NCBI GenBank assembly: GCA_964016885.1
Contig: OZ024741.1
Coordinates: forward strand, 32,550,001-32,614,000
DNA: 64,000 nucleotides
Direction: 5' to 3'
DNA from: Eledone cirrhosa
Lineage: Eukaryota
A program made the position numbers and the translations under genes. Below, piece by piece: positions 15,341 through 28,485 of the stretch (within the stretch, counting starts at the first letter, position 1; every line of letters starts with the position of its first letter). The notes under the pieces are model-generated. The model saw nothing but the letters and a program-made list of their open reading frames with translations, had not been told where the DNA came from and did not search any database.

Positions 15341-16369
15341 GTGGCTGTATAATATTTGTATTTATTCCAGATGTAATAAGCCTACTTATCTGAGATGTTA
15401 TACTACATGGCTGTATAATATTTGTATTTATTCCAGATGTAATAAGCCTACATATCTCAGTTTTTATACAACATGGCTGTATAATATTTGTATTTATTGC
15501 AGATATAATAAGCCTACATATCTCAGATGTTATACAACATGGCTGTATACTATTTGTATTTATTCCAGATGTAATAAGCCTACATATCTCAGACGTTATA
15601 CAACATGGATGTATAATATTTGTATTTATTCCAGATGTAATAAGACTACATATCTCAGATGTTATACAACATGGCTGTATAATATTTGTATTTATTCCAG
15701 ATGTAATAAGCCTACATATCTCAGTTGTTATACAACATGTCTGTATAATATTTGTATTTATTCCAGATGTAATAAGCCTACATATTTCAGTTGTGATACA
15801 ACATGGCTGTATAATATTTGTATTTATTCCAGATGTAATATGCCTACATATCTCAGTTGTTATACAACATGGCTGTATAATATTTGTATTTATTCCAGAT
15901 GTAATAAGCCTACATATCTCAGTTGTTATACAACATGTCTGTATAATATTTGTATTTATTCCAGATGTAATAAGCCTACATATCTCAGTTGTTATACAAC
16001 ATGGCTGTATAATATTTGTATTTATTCCAGATGTAATATGCCTACATATCTCAGTTGTTATACAACTTGGCTGTATAATATTTGTATTTATTCCAGATGT
16101 AATAAGCCTACATGTCTCAGTTGTTATACAACATGGCTGTATAATATTTGTATTTATTCCAGATGTAATAAGCCTACATATCTCAGATGTTATACAACAT
16201 GGCTGTATAATATTTGTATTTATTCCAGATGTAATAAGCCTACATTTCGCAGTTGTTATACAGCATGGCTGTATAATATTTGTATTTATTCAAGATGTAA
16301 TAAGCCTACATATCTCAATTGTCATACAACATGGCTGTATAATATTTGTATTTATTCCAGATGTAATAA

Positions 16370-16433
16370 GCCTACATATCTCAGATGTTATAATATGGCT
16401 GTATACTATTTGTATTTATTCCAGATGTAATAA
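16370..16433. other. 64-bp monomer (2-bp deletion)
   Basis: TTATAATATGGCT instead of TTATACAACATGGCT near 16389-16400. The next monomer starts 64 bp later and the ORF track changes frame here. Confidence 0.95.
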
Positions 16434-19400
16434 GCCTACATATCTCAGATGTTATACAACATGGCTGTATAATATTTGTAATTATTCCAGATATAATAAG
16501 CCTACATATTTCAGTTGTTATACAACATGGCTGTATAATATTTGTACTTATTCCAGATGTAATAAGCCTACATATCTCAGTTGTTATACAACATGGCTGT
16601 ATAATATTTTTATTTATTCCAGATGTAATAAGCCTACATATCTCAGTTGTTATACAACATGGCTGTATAATATTTGTATTTATTCCAGATGTAATAAGCC
16701 TACATATCTCAGTTTTTATACAACATGGCTGTATAATATTTGTATTTATTCCAGATGTAATAAGCGTACACATCTCAGTTGTTATACAACATGGCTGTAT
16801 AATATTTGTATTTATTCCAGATGTAATAAGACTACATATCTCAGTTGTTATACAACATGGCTGTATAATATTTATATTTATTCCAGATGTAATACGCCTA
16901 CACATCTCAGATGTTATACAACATGGCTGTATAATATTTGTATTTATTCCAGATCTAATAAGCCTACATATCTCAGATGTTATACAACATGGCTGTATAA
17001 TATTTTTATTTATTCCAGATGTAATAACCCTACGTTTCCCAGTTGTTATACAGCATGGCTGTATAATATTTGTATTTATTCCAGATGTAATAAGCCTACA
17101 TATCTCAGGTGTTATACAACATGGCTGTATAATATTTGTATTTATTGCAGATGTAATAAGCCTACATATCTCAGATGTTATACAACATGGCTGTATAATA
17201 TTTGTGTTTATTGCAGATGTAATAAGCTTACATATCTCAGTTGTTATACAACATGGCTGTATAATATTTGTATTTATTCCAGATGTAATAAGCCTACATA
17301 TCTCAGTTGTTATACAACATGGCTGTATAATATTTGTATTTATTCCAGATGTAATAAGCCTACATATCTCAGTTTGTATACAACATGGCTGTATAATATT
17401 TGTAATTATTGCAGATGTAATAAGCCTACATATCTCAGTTGTTATACAACATGGCTGTATAATATTTGTATTTATTCCAGATGTAATAAGCCTACATATC
17501 TCAGTCGTTATACAACATGGCTGTATAATATTTGTATTTATTCCAGATGTAATAAGCCTACATATCTCAGATGTTATACAACATGGCTGTATACTATTTG
17601 TATTTATTCCAGATGTTATAAGCCTACATATCTCAGATGTTATACAACATGGCTGTATAATATTTGTATTTATTCCAGATGTAATAAGACTACATATCTC
17701 AGATGTTATACAACATGGCTGTATCATATTTGTATTTATTACAGATGTCATAAGCCTACATATCTCAGTTGTTATACAACATGGCTGTATAATATTTGTA
17801 TTTATTCCAGATGTAATAAGCCTACATATCTCAGTGTTTATACAACATGGCTGTATAATATTTGTATTTATTGCAGATGTAATAAGCCTACATATCTCAG
17901 ATGTTATACAACATGGCTGTATACTATTTGTATTTATTCCAGATGTAATAAGCCTACATATCTCAGTGTTTATACAACATGGCTGTATAATATTTGTATT
18001 TATTCCAGATGTAATAAGCCTACATTTCGCAGTTGTTATACATCATGGCTGTATAATATTTGTATTTATTCCAGATGTAATAAGCCTACATATCTCAGAT
18101 GTTATACAACATGGCTGTATAATATTTGTATTTATTCCAGATGTAATAAGCCTACATTTCGCAGTTGTTATACAGCATGGCTGTATAATATTTGTATTTA
18201 TTCAAGATGTAATAAGCCTACATATCTCAATTGTCATACAACATGGCTGTATAATATTTGTATTTATTCCAGATGTAATAAGCCTACATATCTCAATTGT
18301 TATACAACATGGCTGTATAATATTTGTGTTTATTGCAGATGTAATAAGCTTACATATCTCAGTTGTTATACAACATGGCTGTATAATATTTGTATTTATT
18401 CCAGATGTAATAAGCCTACATATCTCAGTTGTTATACAACATGGCTGTATAATATTTGTATTTATTCCAGATGTAATAAGCCTACATATCTCAGTTTTTA
18501 TACAACATGGCTGTATAATATTTGTAATTATTGCATATGTAATAACCCTACATATCTCAGTTGTTATACAACATGGCTGTATAATATTTGTATTTATTCC
18601 AGATGTAATAAGCCTACATATCTCAGTTGTTATACAACATGGCTGTATAATATTTGTATTTATTCCAGATGTAATAAGCCTACATATCTCAGATGTTATA
18701 CAACATGGCTGTATACTATTTGTATTTATTCCAGATGTAATAAGCCTACATATCTCAGATGTTATACAACATGGCTGTATAATATTTGTATTTATTCCAG
18801 ATGTAATAAGACTACATATCTCAGATGTTATAAAACATGGCTGTATCATATTTGTATTTAATACAGATGTCATAAGCCTACATATCTCAGTTGTTATACA
18901 ACATGGCTGTATAATATTTGTATTTATTCCAGATGTAATAAGCCTACATTTCGCAGTTGTTATACAGCATGGCTGTATAATATTTGTATTTATTCCAGAT
19001 GTAATAAGCCTACATATCTCAGATGTTATACAACATGGCTGTATAATATTTGTATTTATTCCAGATATAATAAGCCTACATTTCGCAGTTGTTATACAGC
19101 ATGGCTGTATAATATTTGTATTTATTCAAGATGTAATAAGCCTACATATCTCAATTGTCATACAACATGGCTGTATAATATTTGTATTTATTCCAGATGT
19201 AATAAGCCTACATATCTCAGATGTTATACAACATGGCTGTATACTATTTGTATTTATTCCAGATGTAATAAGCCTACATATCTCAGAAGTTATACAACAT
19301 GGCTGTATCATATTTGTATTTATTCCAGATGTAATAAGCCTACATATCTCAATTGTTATACAACATGGCTGTATAATATTTGTGTTTATTGCAGATGTAA

Positions 19401-20279
19401 TAAGCTTACATAACTCAGTTGTTATACAACATGGCTGTATAATATTTGTATTTATTCCAGATGTAATAAGCCTACATATCTCAGTTGTTATACAACATGG
19501 CTGTATAATATTTGTATTTATTCCAGATGTAATAAGCCTACATATCTCAGTTTTTATACAACATGGCTGTATAATATTTGTAATTATTGCAGATGTAATA
19601 AGCCTACATATCTCAGTTGTTATACAACATGGCTGTATAATATTTGTATTTATTCCAGATGTAATAAGCCTACATATCTCAGTTGTTATACAACATGGCT
19701 GTATAATATTTGTATTTATTCCAGATGTAATAAGCCTACATATCTCAGATGTTATACAACATGGCTGTATACTATTTGTATTTATTCCAGATGTAATAAG
19801 CCTACATATCTCAGATGTTATACAACATGGCTGTATAATATTTGTATTTATTCCAGATGTAATAAGCCTACATATCTCAGATGTTATACAACATGGCTCT
19901 ATCATATTTGTATTTATTCCAGATGTCATAAGCCTACATATCTCAGTTGTTATACGACATGGCTGTATAATATTTGTATTTATTGCATATGTAATAAGCC
20001 TACATATCTCAGTTGTTATACAACATGGCTGTATAATATTTGTATTTATTCCAGATGTAATAAGCCTACATATCTCAGTTGTTATACAACATGGCTGTAT
20101 AATATTTGTATTTATTCCAGATGTAATATGCCTACATATCTCAGATGTTATACAACATGGCTGTATAATATTTGTATTTATTTCAGCTGTAATAAGCCTA
20201 CATTTCGCAGTTGTTATACAGCATGGCTGTATAATAATTGTATTTATTCCAGATGTAATAAGCCTACATATCTCAGATG

Positions 20280-21050
20280 TTATACAACATGGCTGTATAA
20301 TATTTGTATTTATTCCAGATGTATTAAGACTACATTTAGCAGTTGTTATACAGCATGGCTGTATAATATTTGTATTTATTCCAGTTGTAATAAGCCTACA
20401 TATCTCAGATGTTATAAAACATGGCTGTATAATATTTGTATTTATTCCAGATGTAATAAGCCTACACATCTCAGATGTTATACGACATGGCTGTATAATA
20501 TTTGTATTTATTCCAGATTTAATAAGCCTACATATCTCAGATGTTATACAACATGGCTGTATAATATTTGTATTTATTCCAGATGTAATAAGCCTACATA
20601 TCTCAGATGTTATACAACATGGCTGTATAATATTTGTATTTATTCCAGATGTAATAAGCCTACATATCTCAGATGTTATACAACATGGCTGTATAATATT
20701 TGTATTTATTCCAGATGTATTAAGACTGCATTTAGCAGTTGTTATACAGCATGGCTGTATAATATTTGTATTTATTCCAGATGTAATAAGCCTACATATC
20801 TCAGATGTTATAAAACATGGCTGTATAATATTTGTATTTATTCCAGATGTAATAAGCCTACACATCTCAGATGTTATACGACATGGCTGTATAATATTTG
20901 TATTTATTCCAGATGTAATAAGCCTACATATCTCAGATGTTATACAACATGGCTGTATAATATTTGTATTTATTCCAGATGTAATAAGCCTACATATCTC
21001 AGATGTTATACAACATGGCTGTATAATATTTGTATTTATTCCAGATGTAA
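20280..21050. repeat. 6-monomer (396 bp) tandem duplication, also carried in later copies near 30025/30421 and 34315/34711
   Basis: GTATTAAGACT.CATTTAGCAG at 20321 and 20717, each followed by a TATAAAAC monomer and a CACATC...TACGAC monomer. Confidence 0.85.
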
Positions 21051-23561
21051 TAAGCTTACATATCTCAGTTGTTATACAACATGGCTGTATACTATTTGTA
21101 TTTATTCGAGATGTAATAAGCCTACATATCTCAGTTGTTATACAACATGGCTGTATAATATTTGTATTTATTCCAGACGTAATAAGCCTACATATCTCAT
21201 TTGTTATTCAACATGGCTGTATAATATTTGTATTTATTCCAGATGTAATAAGCCTACATATCTCAGATGTTATACAACATGGCTGTATAATATTTTTATT
21301 TATTCCAGATGTAATAACCCTACATTTCCCAGTTGTTATACAGCATGGCTGTATAATATTTGTATTTATTCCAGATGTAATAAGCCTACATATCTCAGGT
21401 GTTATACAACATGGCTGTATAATATTTGTATTTATTGCAGATGTAATAAGCCTACATATCTCAGATGTTATACAACATGGCTGTACACTATTTGTATTTA
21501 TTCCAGATGTAATAAGCCTACATATCTCAGATGTTATACAACGTGGCTGTATAATATTTGTATTAATTCCAGATGTAATAAGCCTACATATCTGAGATGT
21601 TATACAACATGGCTGTATAATGTTTGTATTTATTCCAGATGTAATAAGCCTACATATCTCAGTTTTTATACAACATGGCTGTATAATATTTGTATTTATT
21701 GCAGATGTAATAAGCCTACATATCTCAGATGTTATACAACATGGCTGTATACTATTTGTATTTATTCCAGATGTAATAAGCCTACATATCTCAGATGTTA
21801 TACAACATGGCTGTATAATATTTGTATTTATTCCAGATGTAATAAGACTACATATCTCAGATGTTATACAACATGGCTGTATAATATTTGTATTTATTCC
21901 AGATGTAATAAGCCTACATATCTCAGTTGTTATACAACATGTCTGTATAATATTTGTATTTATTCCAGATGTAATAAGCCTACATATCTCAGTTGTTATA
22001 CAACATGGCTGTATAATATTTGTATTTATTCCAGATGTAATAAGCCTACATATCTCAGTTGTTATACAACATGTCTGTATAATATTTGTATTTATTCCAG
22101 ATGTAATAAGCCTACATATCTCAGTTGTTATACAACATGGCTGTATAATATTTGTATTTATTCCAGATGTAATATGCTTACATATCACAGTTGTTATACA
22201 ACATGGCTGTATAATATTTGTATTTATTCCAGATTTAATAAGCCAACATATCTCAGTTGTTATACAACATGTCTGTATAATATTTGTATTTATTCCAGAT
22301 GTAATAAGCCTACATATCTCAGTTGTTATACAACATGGCTGTATAATATTTGTATTTATTCCAGATGTAATATGCCTACATATCTCAGTTGTTATACAAC
22401 ATGGCTGTATAATATTTGTATTTATTCCAGATGTAATAAGCCTACATATCTCAGTTGTTATACAACATGGCTGTATAATATTTGTATTTATTCCAGATGT
22501 AATAAGCCTACATTTCGCAGCTGTTATACAGCATGGCTGTATAATATTTGTATTTATTCCAGATGTAATAAGCCTACATATCTCAGATGTTATACAACAT
22601 GGCTGTATAATATTTGTATTTATTCCAGATGTAATAAGCCTACATTTCGCAGTTGTTATACAGCATGGCTGTATAATATTTGTATTTATTCAAGATGTAA
22701 TAAGCCTACATATCTCAATTGTCATACAACATGGCTGTATAATATTTGTATTTATTCCAGATGTAATAAGCCTACATATCTCAGATGTTAAACAACATGG
22801 CTGTATACTATTTGTATTTATTCCAGATGTAATAAGCCTACATATCTCAGATGTTATACGACATGGCTGTATAATATTTGTATTTATTCCAGATGTAATA
22901 AGCCTACATATCTCAGATGTTATACAACATGGCTGTATCATATTTGTATTTATTCCAGATGTAATAAGCCTACATATCTCAGTTGTTATACAACATGGCT
23001 GTATAATATTTGTGTTTATTGCAGATGTAATAAGCCTACATATCTCAGTTGTTATACAACATGGCTGTATAATATTTGTATTTATTCCAGATGTAATAAG
23101 CCTACATATCTCAGTTGTTATACAACGTGGCTGTATAATATTTGTATTTATTCCAGATGTAATAAGCCTACATATCTCAGATGTTATAAAACATGGCTGT
23201 ATACTATTTGTATTTATTCCAGATGTAATAAGCCTACATATCTCAGATGTTATACAACATGGCTGTATAATATTTGTATTTATTCCAGATGTAATAAGCC
23301 TACATATCTCAGATTTTATACAACATGTCTGTATCATATTTGTATTTATTCCAGATGTCATAAGCCTACATATCTCAGTTGTTATACAACATGGCTGTAT
23401 AATATTTGTATTTATTGCACATGTAATAAGTCTACATATCTCAGTTGTTATACAACATGGCTGTATAATATTTGTATTTATTCCAGATGTAATAAGCCTA
23501 CATATCTCAGTTGTTATACAACATGGCTGTATAATATTTGTATTTATTCCAGATGTAATAA

Positions 23562-23628
23562 GCCTACATATTATCAGTTTTTATACAACATGGCTGTATA
23601 ATATTTGTAATTCTTCCAGATGTAATAA
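23562..23628. other. 67-bp marker monomer (CATATTATCAG, +1), first of 8 copies
   Basis: TTATCAG replaces TCTCAG at 23571, 27730, 37301, 41985, 43042, 46541, 47598 and 50833. It is always linked with GTAATTCTTCC and followed by a GTTATTCAAC monomer. Confidence 0.95.
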
Positions 23629-24677
23629 GCCTACATATCTCAGTTGTTATTCAACATGGCTGTATAATATTTGTATTTATTCCAGATGTAATAAGCCTAC
23701 ATATCTCAGTTGTTATACAACATGGCTGTATAATATTTGTATTTATTCCAGATGTAATAAGCCTACATATCTCAGATGTTATACAACATGGCTGTATAAT
23801 ATTTGTATGTATTCCAGATGTAATAAGCCTACATTTCGCAGTTGTTATACAGCATGGCTGTATAATATTTGTATTTATTCCAGATGTAATAAGCCTACAT
23901 ATCTCAGATGTTATACAACATGGCTGTATAATATTTGTATTTATTCCAGATGTATTAAGACTACATTTCGCAGTTGTTATACAGCATGGCTGTATAATAT
24001 TTGTATTTATTCCAGATGTAATAAGCCTACATATCTCAGATGTTATACAACATGGCTGTATAATATTTGTATTTATTCCAGATGTAATAAGCCTACATAT
24101 CTCAGATGTTATACGACATGGCTGTATAATATTTGTACTTATTCCAGATGTAATAAGACTACATATCTCAGATGTTATACAACATGTCTGTATAATATTT
24201 GTATTTATCCCAGATGTAATAAGCCTACATATCTCAGATGTTATACAACATGGCTGTATAATATTTGTATTTATTCCAGATGTAATAAGCCTACATATCT
24301 CAGATGTTATACAACATGGCTGTATAATATTTGTATTTATTCCAGATGTAATAAGCCTACATTTCGCAGTTGTTATACAGCATGGGTGTATAATATTTGT
24401 ATTTATTCCAGATGTAATAAGCCTACATATCTCAGTTGTTATACAACATGGATTTATAGTATTTGTATTTATTCCAGATGTAATAAGCCTACATATCTCA
24501 GATGTTATACAACATGGCTGTATAATATTTGTATTTATTCCAGATGTAATAAGCCTACATTTCGCAGTTGTTATACAGCATGGCTGTATAATATTTGTAT
24601 TTATTCCAGATGTAATAAGCCTACATATCTCAGTTGTTATACAACATGGCTGTATAATATTTGTATTTATTCCAGAC

Positions 24678-26151
24678 GTAATAAGCCTACATATCTCAGT
24701 TGTTAAACAACATGGCTGTATAATATTTGTATTTATTCCAGATGTAATAAGCCTACATATCTCAGATGTTATACAACATGGCTGTATAATATTTGTATTT
24801 ATTCCAGATGTAATAAGCCTACATATCTCAGATGTTATACAACATGGCTGTATCATATTTGTATTTATTCCAGATGTAATAAGCCTACATATCTCAGATG
24901 TTATACAACATGGCTGTATAATATTTGTATTTATTCCAGATGTAATAAGCCTACATTTCGCAGTTGTTATACAGCATGGGTGTATAATATTTGTATTTAT
25001 TCCAGATGTAATAAGCCTACATATCTCAGTTGTTATACAACATGGCTTTATAGTATTTGTATTTATTCCAGATGTAATAAGCCTACATATCTCAGATGTT
25101 ATACAACATGGCTTTATAATATTTGTATTTATTCCAGATGTAATAAGCCTACATTTCGCAGTTGTTATACAGCATGGCTGTATAATATTTGTATTTATTC
25201 CAGATGTAATAAGCCTACATATCTCAGTTGTTATACAATATGGCTGTATAATATTTGTATTTAATCCAGACGTAATAAGCCTACATATCTCAGTTGTTAA
25301 ACAACATGGCTGTATAATATTTGTATTTATTCCAGATGTAATAAGCCTACATATCTCAGTTGTTATACAACATGGCTGTATAATATTTGTATTTATTCCA
25401 GATGTAATAAGCCTACATATCTCAGTTGTTAAACAACATGGCTGTATAATATTTGTATTTATTCCAGATGTAATAAGCCTACATATCTCAGATGTTATAC
25501 AACATGGCTGTATAATATTTGTATTTATTCCAGATGTAATAAGCCTACATATCTCAGATGTTATACAACATGGCTGTATCATATTTGTATTTATTCCAGA
25601 TGTAATAAGCCTACATATCTCAGATGTTATACAACATGGCTGTATAATATTTGTATTTATTCCAGATGTAATAAGCCTACATTTCGCAGTTGTTATACAG
25701 CATGGGTGTATAATATTTGTATTTATTCCAGATGTAATAAGCCTACATATCTCAGTTGTTATACAACATGGCTTTATAGTATTTGTATTTATTCCAGATG
25801 TAATAAGCCTACATATCTCAGATGTTATACAACATGGCTTTATAATATTTGTATTTATTCCAGATGTAATAAGCCTACATTTCGCAGTTGTTATACAGCA
25901 TGGCTGTATAATATTTGTATTTATTCCAGATGTAATAAGCCTACATATCTCAGTTGTTATACAATATGGCTGTATAATATTTGTATTTAATCCAGACGTA
26001 ATAAGCCTACATATCTCAGTTGTTAAACAACATGGCTGTATAATATTTGTATTTATTCCAGATGTAATAAGCCTACATATCTCAGTTGTTATACAACATG
26101 GCTGTATAATATTTGTATTTATTCCAGATGTAATAAGCCTACATATCTCAG
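24678..26151. repeat. Tandem duplication of an 11-monomer block (offset 726 bp)
   Basis: Identical 94-aa ORFs at 24980 and 25706. GTTAAAC at about 24702/25428. TTAATCCAGACG at 25261/25987. Confidence 0.9.
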
Positions 26152-28485
26152 ATGTTATACAACATGGCTGTATACTATTTGTATTTATTCCAGATGTAAT
26201 AAGCCTACATATCTCAGTTGTTATACGACATGGCTGTATAATATTTGTATTTATTGCATATGTAATAAGCCTACATATCTCAGTTGTTATACAACATGGC
26301 TGTATAATATTTGTATTTATTCCAGATGTAATAAGCCTACATATCTCAGTTGTTATACAACATGGCTGTATAATATTTGTATTTATTCCAGATTTAATAA
26401 GCCAACATATCTCAGTTGTTATACAACATGTCTGTATAATATTTGTATTTATTCCAGATGTAATAAGCCTACATATCTCAGTTGTTATACAACATGGCTG
26501 TATAATATTTGTATTTATTCCAGATGTAATATGCCTACATATCTCAGTTGTTATACAACATGGCTGTATAATATTTGTATTTATTCCAGATGTAATAAGC
26601 CTACATATCTCAGTTGTTATACAACATGGCTGTATAATATTTGTATTTATTCCAGATGTAATAAGCCTACATTTCGCAGCTGTTATACAGCATGGCTGTA
26701 TAATATTTGTATTTATTCCAGATGTAATAAGCCTACATATCTCAGATGTTATACAACATGGCTGTATAATATTTGTATTTATTCCAGATGTAATAAGCCT
26801 ACATTTCGCAGTTGTTATACAGCATGGCTGTATAATATTTGTATTTATTCAAGATGTAATAAGCCTACATATCTCAATTGTCATACAACATGGCTGTATA
26901 ATATTTGTATTTATTCCAGATGTAATAAGCCTACATATCTCAGATGTTAAACAACATGGCTGTATACTATTTGTATTTATTCCAGATGTAATAAGCCTAC
27001 ATATCTCAGATGTTATACGACATGGCTGTATAATATTTGTATTTATTCCAGATGTAATAAGCCTACATATCTCAGATGTTATACAACATGGCTGTATCAT
27101 ATTTGTATTTATTCCAGATGTAATAAGCCTACATATCTCAGTTGTTATACAACATGGCTGTATAATATTTGTGTTTATTGCAGATGTAATAAGCCTACAT
27201 ATCTCAGTTGTTATACAACATGGCTGTATAATATTTGTATTTATTCCAGATGTAATAAGCCTACATATCTCAGTTGTTATACAACGTGGCTGTATAATAT
27301 TTGTATTTATTCCAGATGTAATAAGCCTACATATCTCAGATGTTATAAAACATGGCTGTATACTATTTGTATTTATTCCAGATGTAATAAGCCTACATAT
27401 CTCAGATGTTATACAACATGGCTGTATAATATTTGTATTTATTCCAGATGTAATAAGCCTACATATCTCAGATTTTATACAACATGTCTGTATCATATTT
27501 GTATTTATTCCAGATGTCATAAGCCTACATATCTCAGTTGTTATACAACATGGCTGTATAATATTTGTATTTATTGCACATGTAATAAGTCTACATATCT
27601 CAGTTGTTATACAACATGGCTGTATAATATTTGTATTTATTCCAGATGTAATAAGCCTACATATCTCAGTTGTTATACAACATGGCTGTATAATATTTGT
27701 ATTTATTCCAGATGTAATAAGCCTACATATTATCAGTTTTTATACAACATGGCTGTATAATATTTGTAATTCTTCCAGATGTAATAAGCCTACATATCTC
27801 AGTTGTTATTCAACATGGCTGTATAATATTTGTATTTATTCCAGATGTAATAAGCCTACATATCTCAGTTGTTATACAACATGGCTGTATAATATTTGTA
27901 TTTATTCCAGATGTAATAAGCCTACATATCTCAGATGTTATACAACATGGCTGTATAATATTTGTATGTATTCCAGATGTAATAAGCCTACATTTCGCAG
28001 TTGTTATACAGCATGGCTGTATAATATTTGTATTTATTCCAGATGTAATAAGCCTACATATCTCAGATGTTATACAACATGGCTGTATAATATTTGTATT
28101 TATTCCAGATGTATTAAGACTACATTTCGCAGTTGTTATACAGCATGGCTGTATAATATTTGTATTTATTCCAGATGTAATAAGCCTACATATCTCAGAT
28201 GTTATACAACATGGCTGTATAATATTTGTATTTATTCCAGATGTAATAAGCCTACATATCTCAGATGTTATACGACATGGCTGTATAATATTTGTACTTA
28301 TTCCAGATGTAATAAGACTACATATCTCAGATGTTATACAACATGTCTGTATAATATTTGTATTTATCCCAGATGTAATAAGCCTACATATCTCAGATGT
28401 TATACAACATGGCTGTATAATATTTGTATTTATTCCAGATGTAATAAGCCTACATATCTCAGATGTTATACAACATGGCTGTATA

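Noticed and set aside
616-15393. 4925-aa ORF, and all other listed ORFs, as real repeat-protein genes
   Set aside because: They have no unique N- or C-terminal domain. The start ATG is a private ATA>ATG substitution inside a monomer. ORFs overlap in three frames on both strands, and frameshifts and stops are freely propagated by duplication. The 22-aa units resemble no domain I recognise.
20128-22791. Zinc-finger or metallothionein-like protein from the Cys-rich frame
   Set aside because: Cys spacing (C-x8-C-x4-C) fits no zinc-finger pattern I know and simply reflects the TGT triplets of the DNA repeat.
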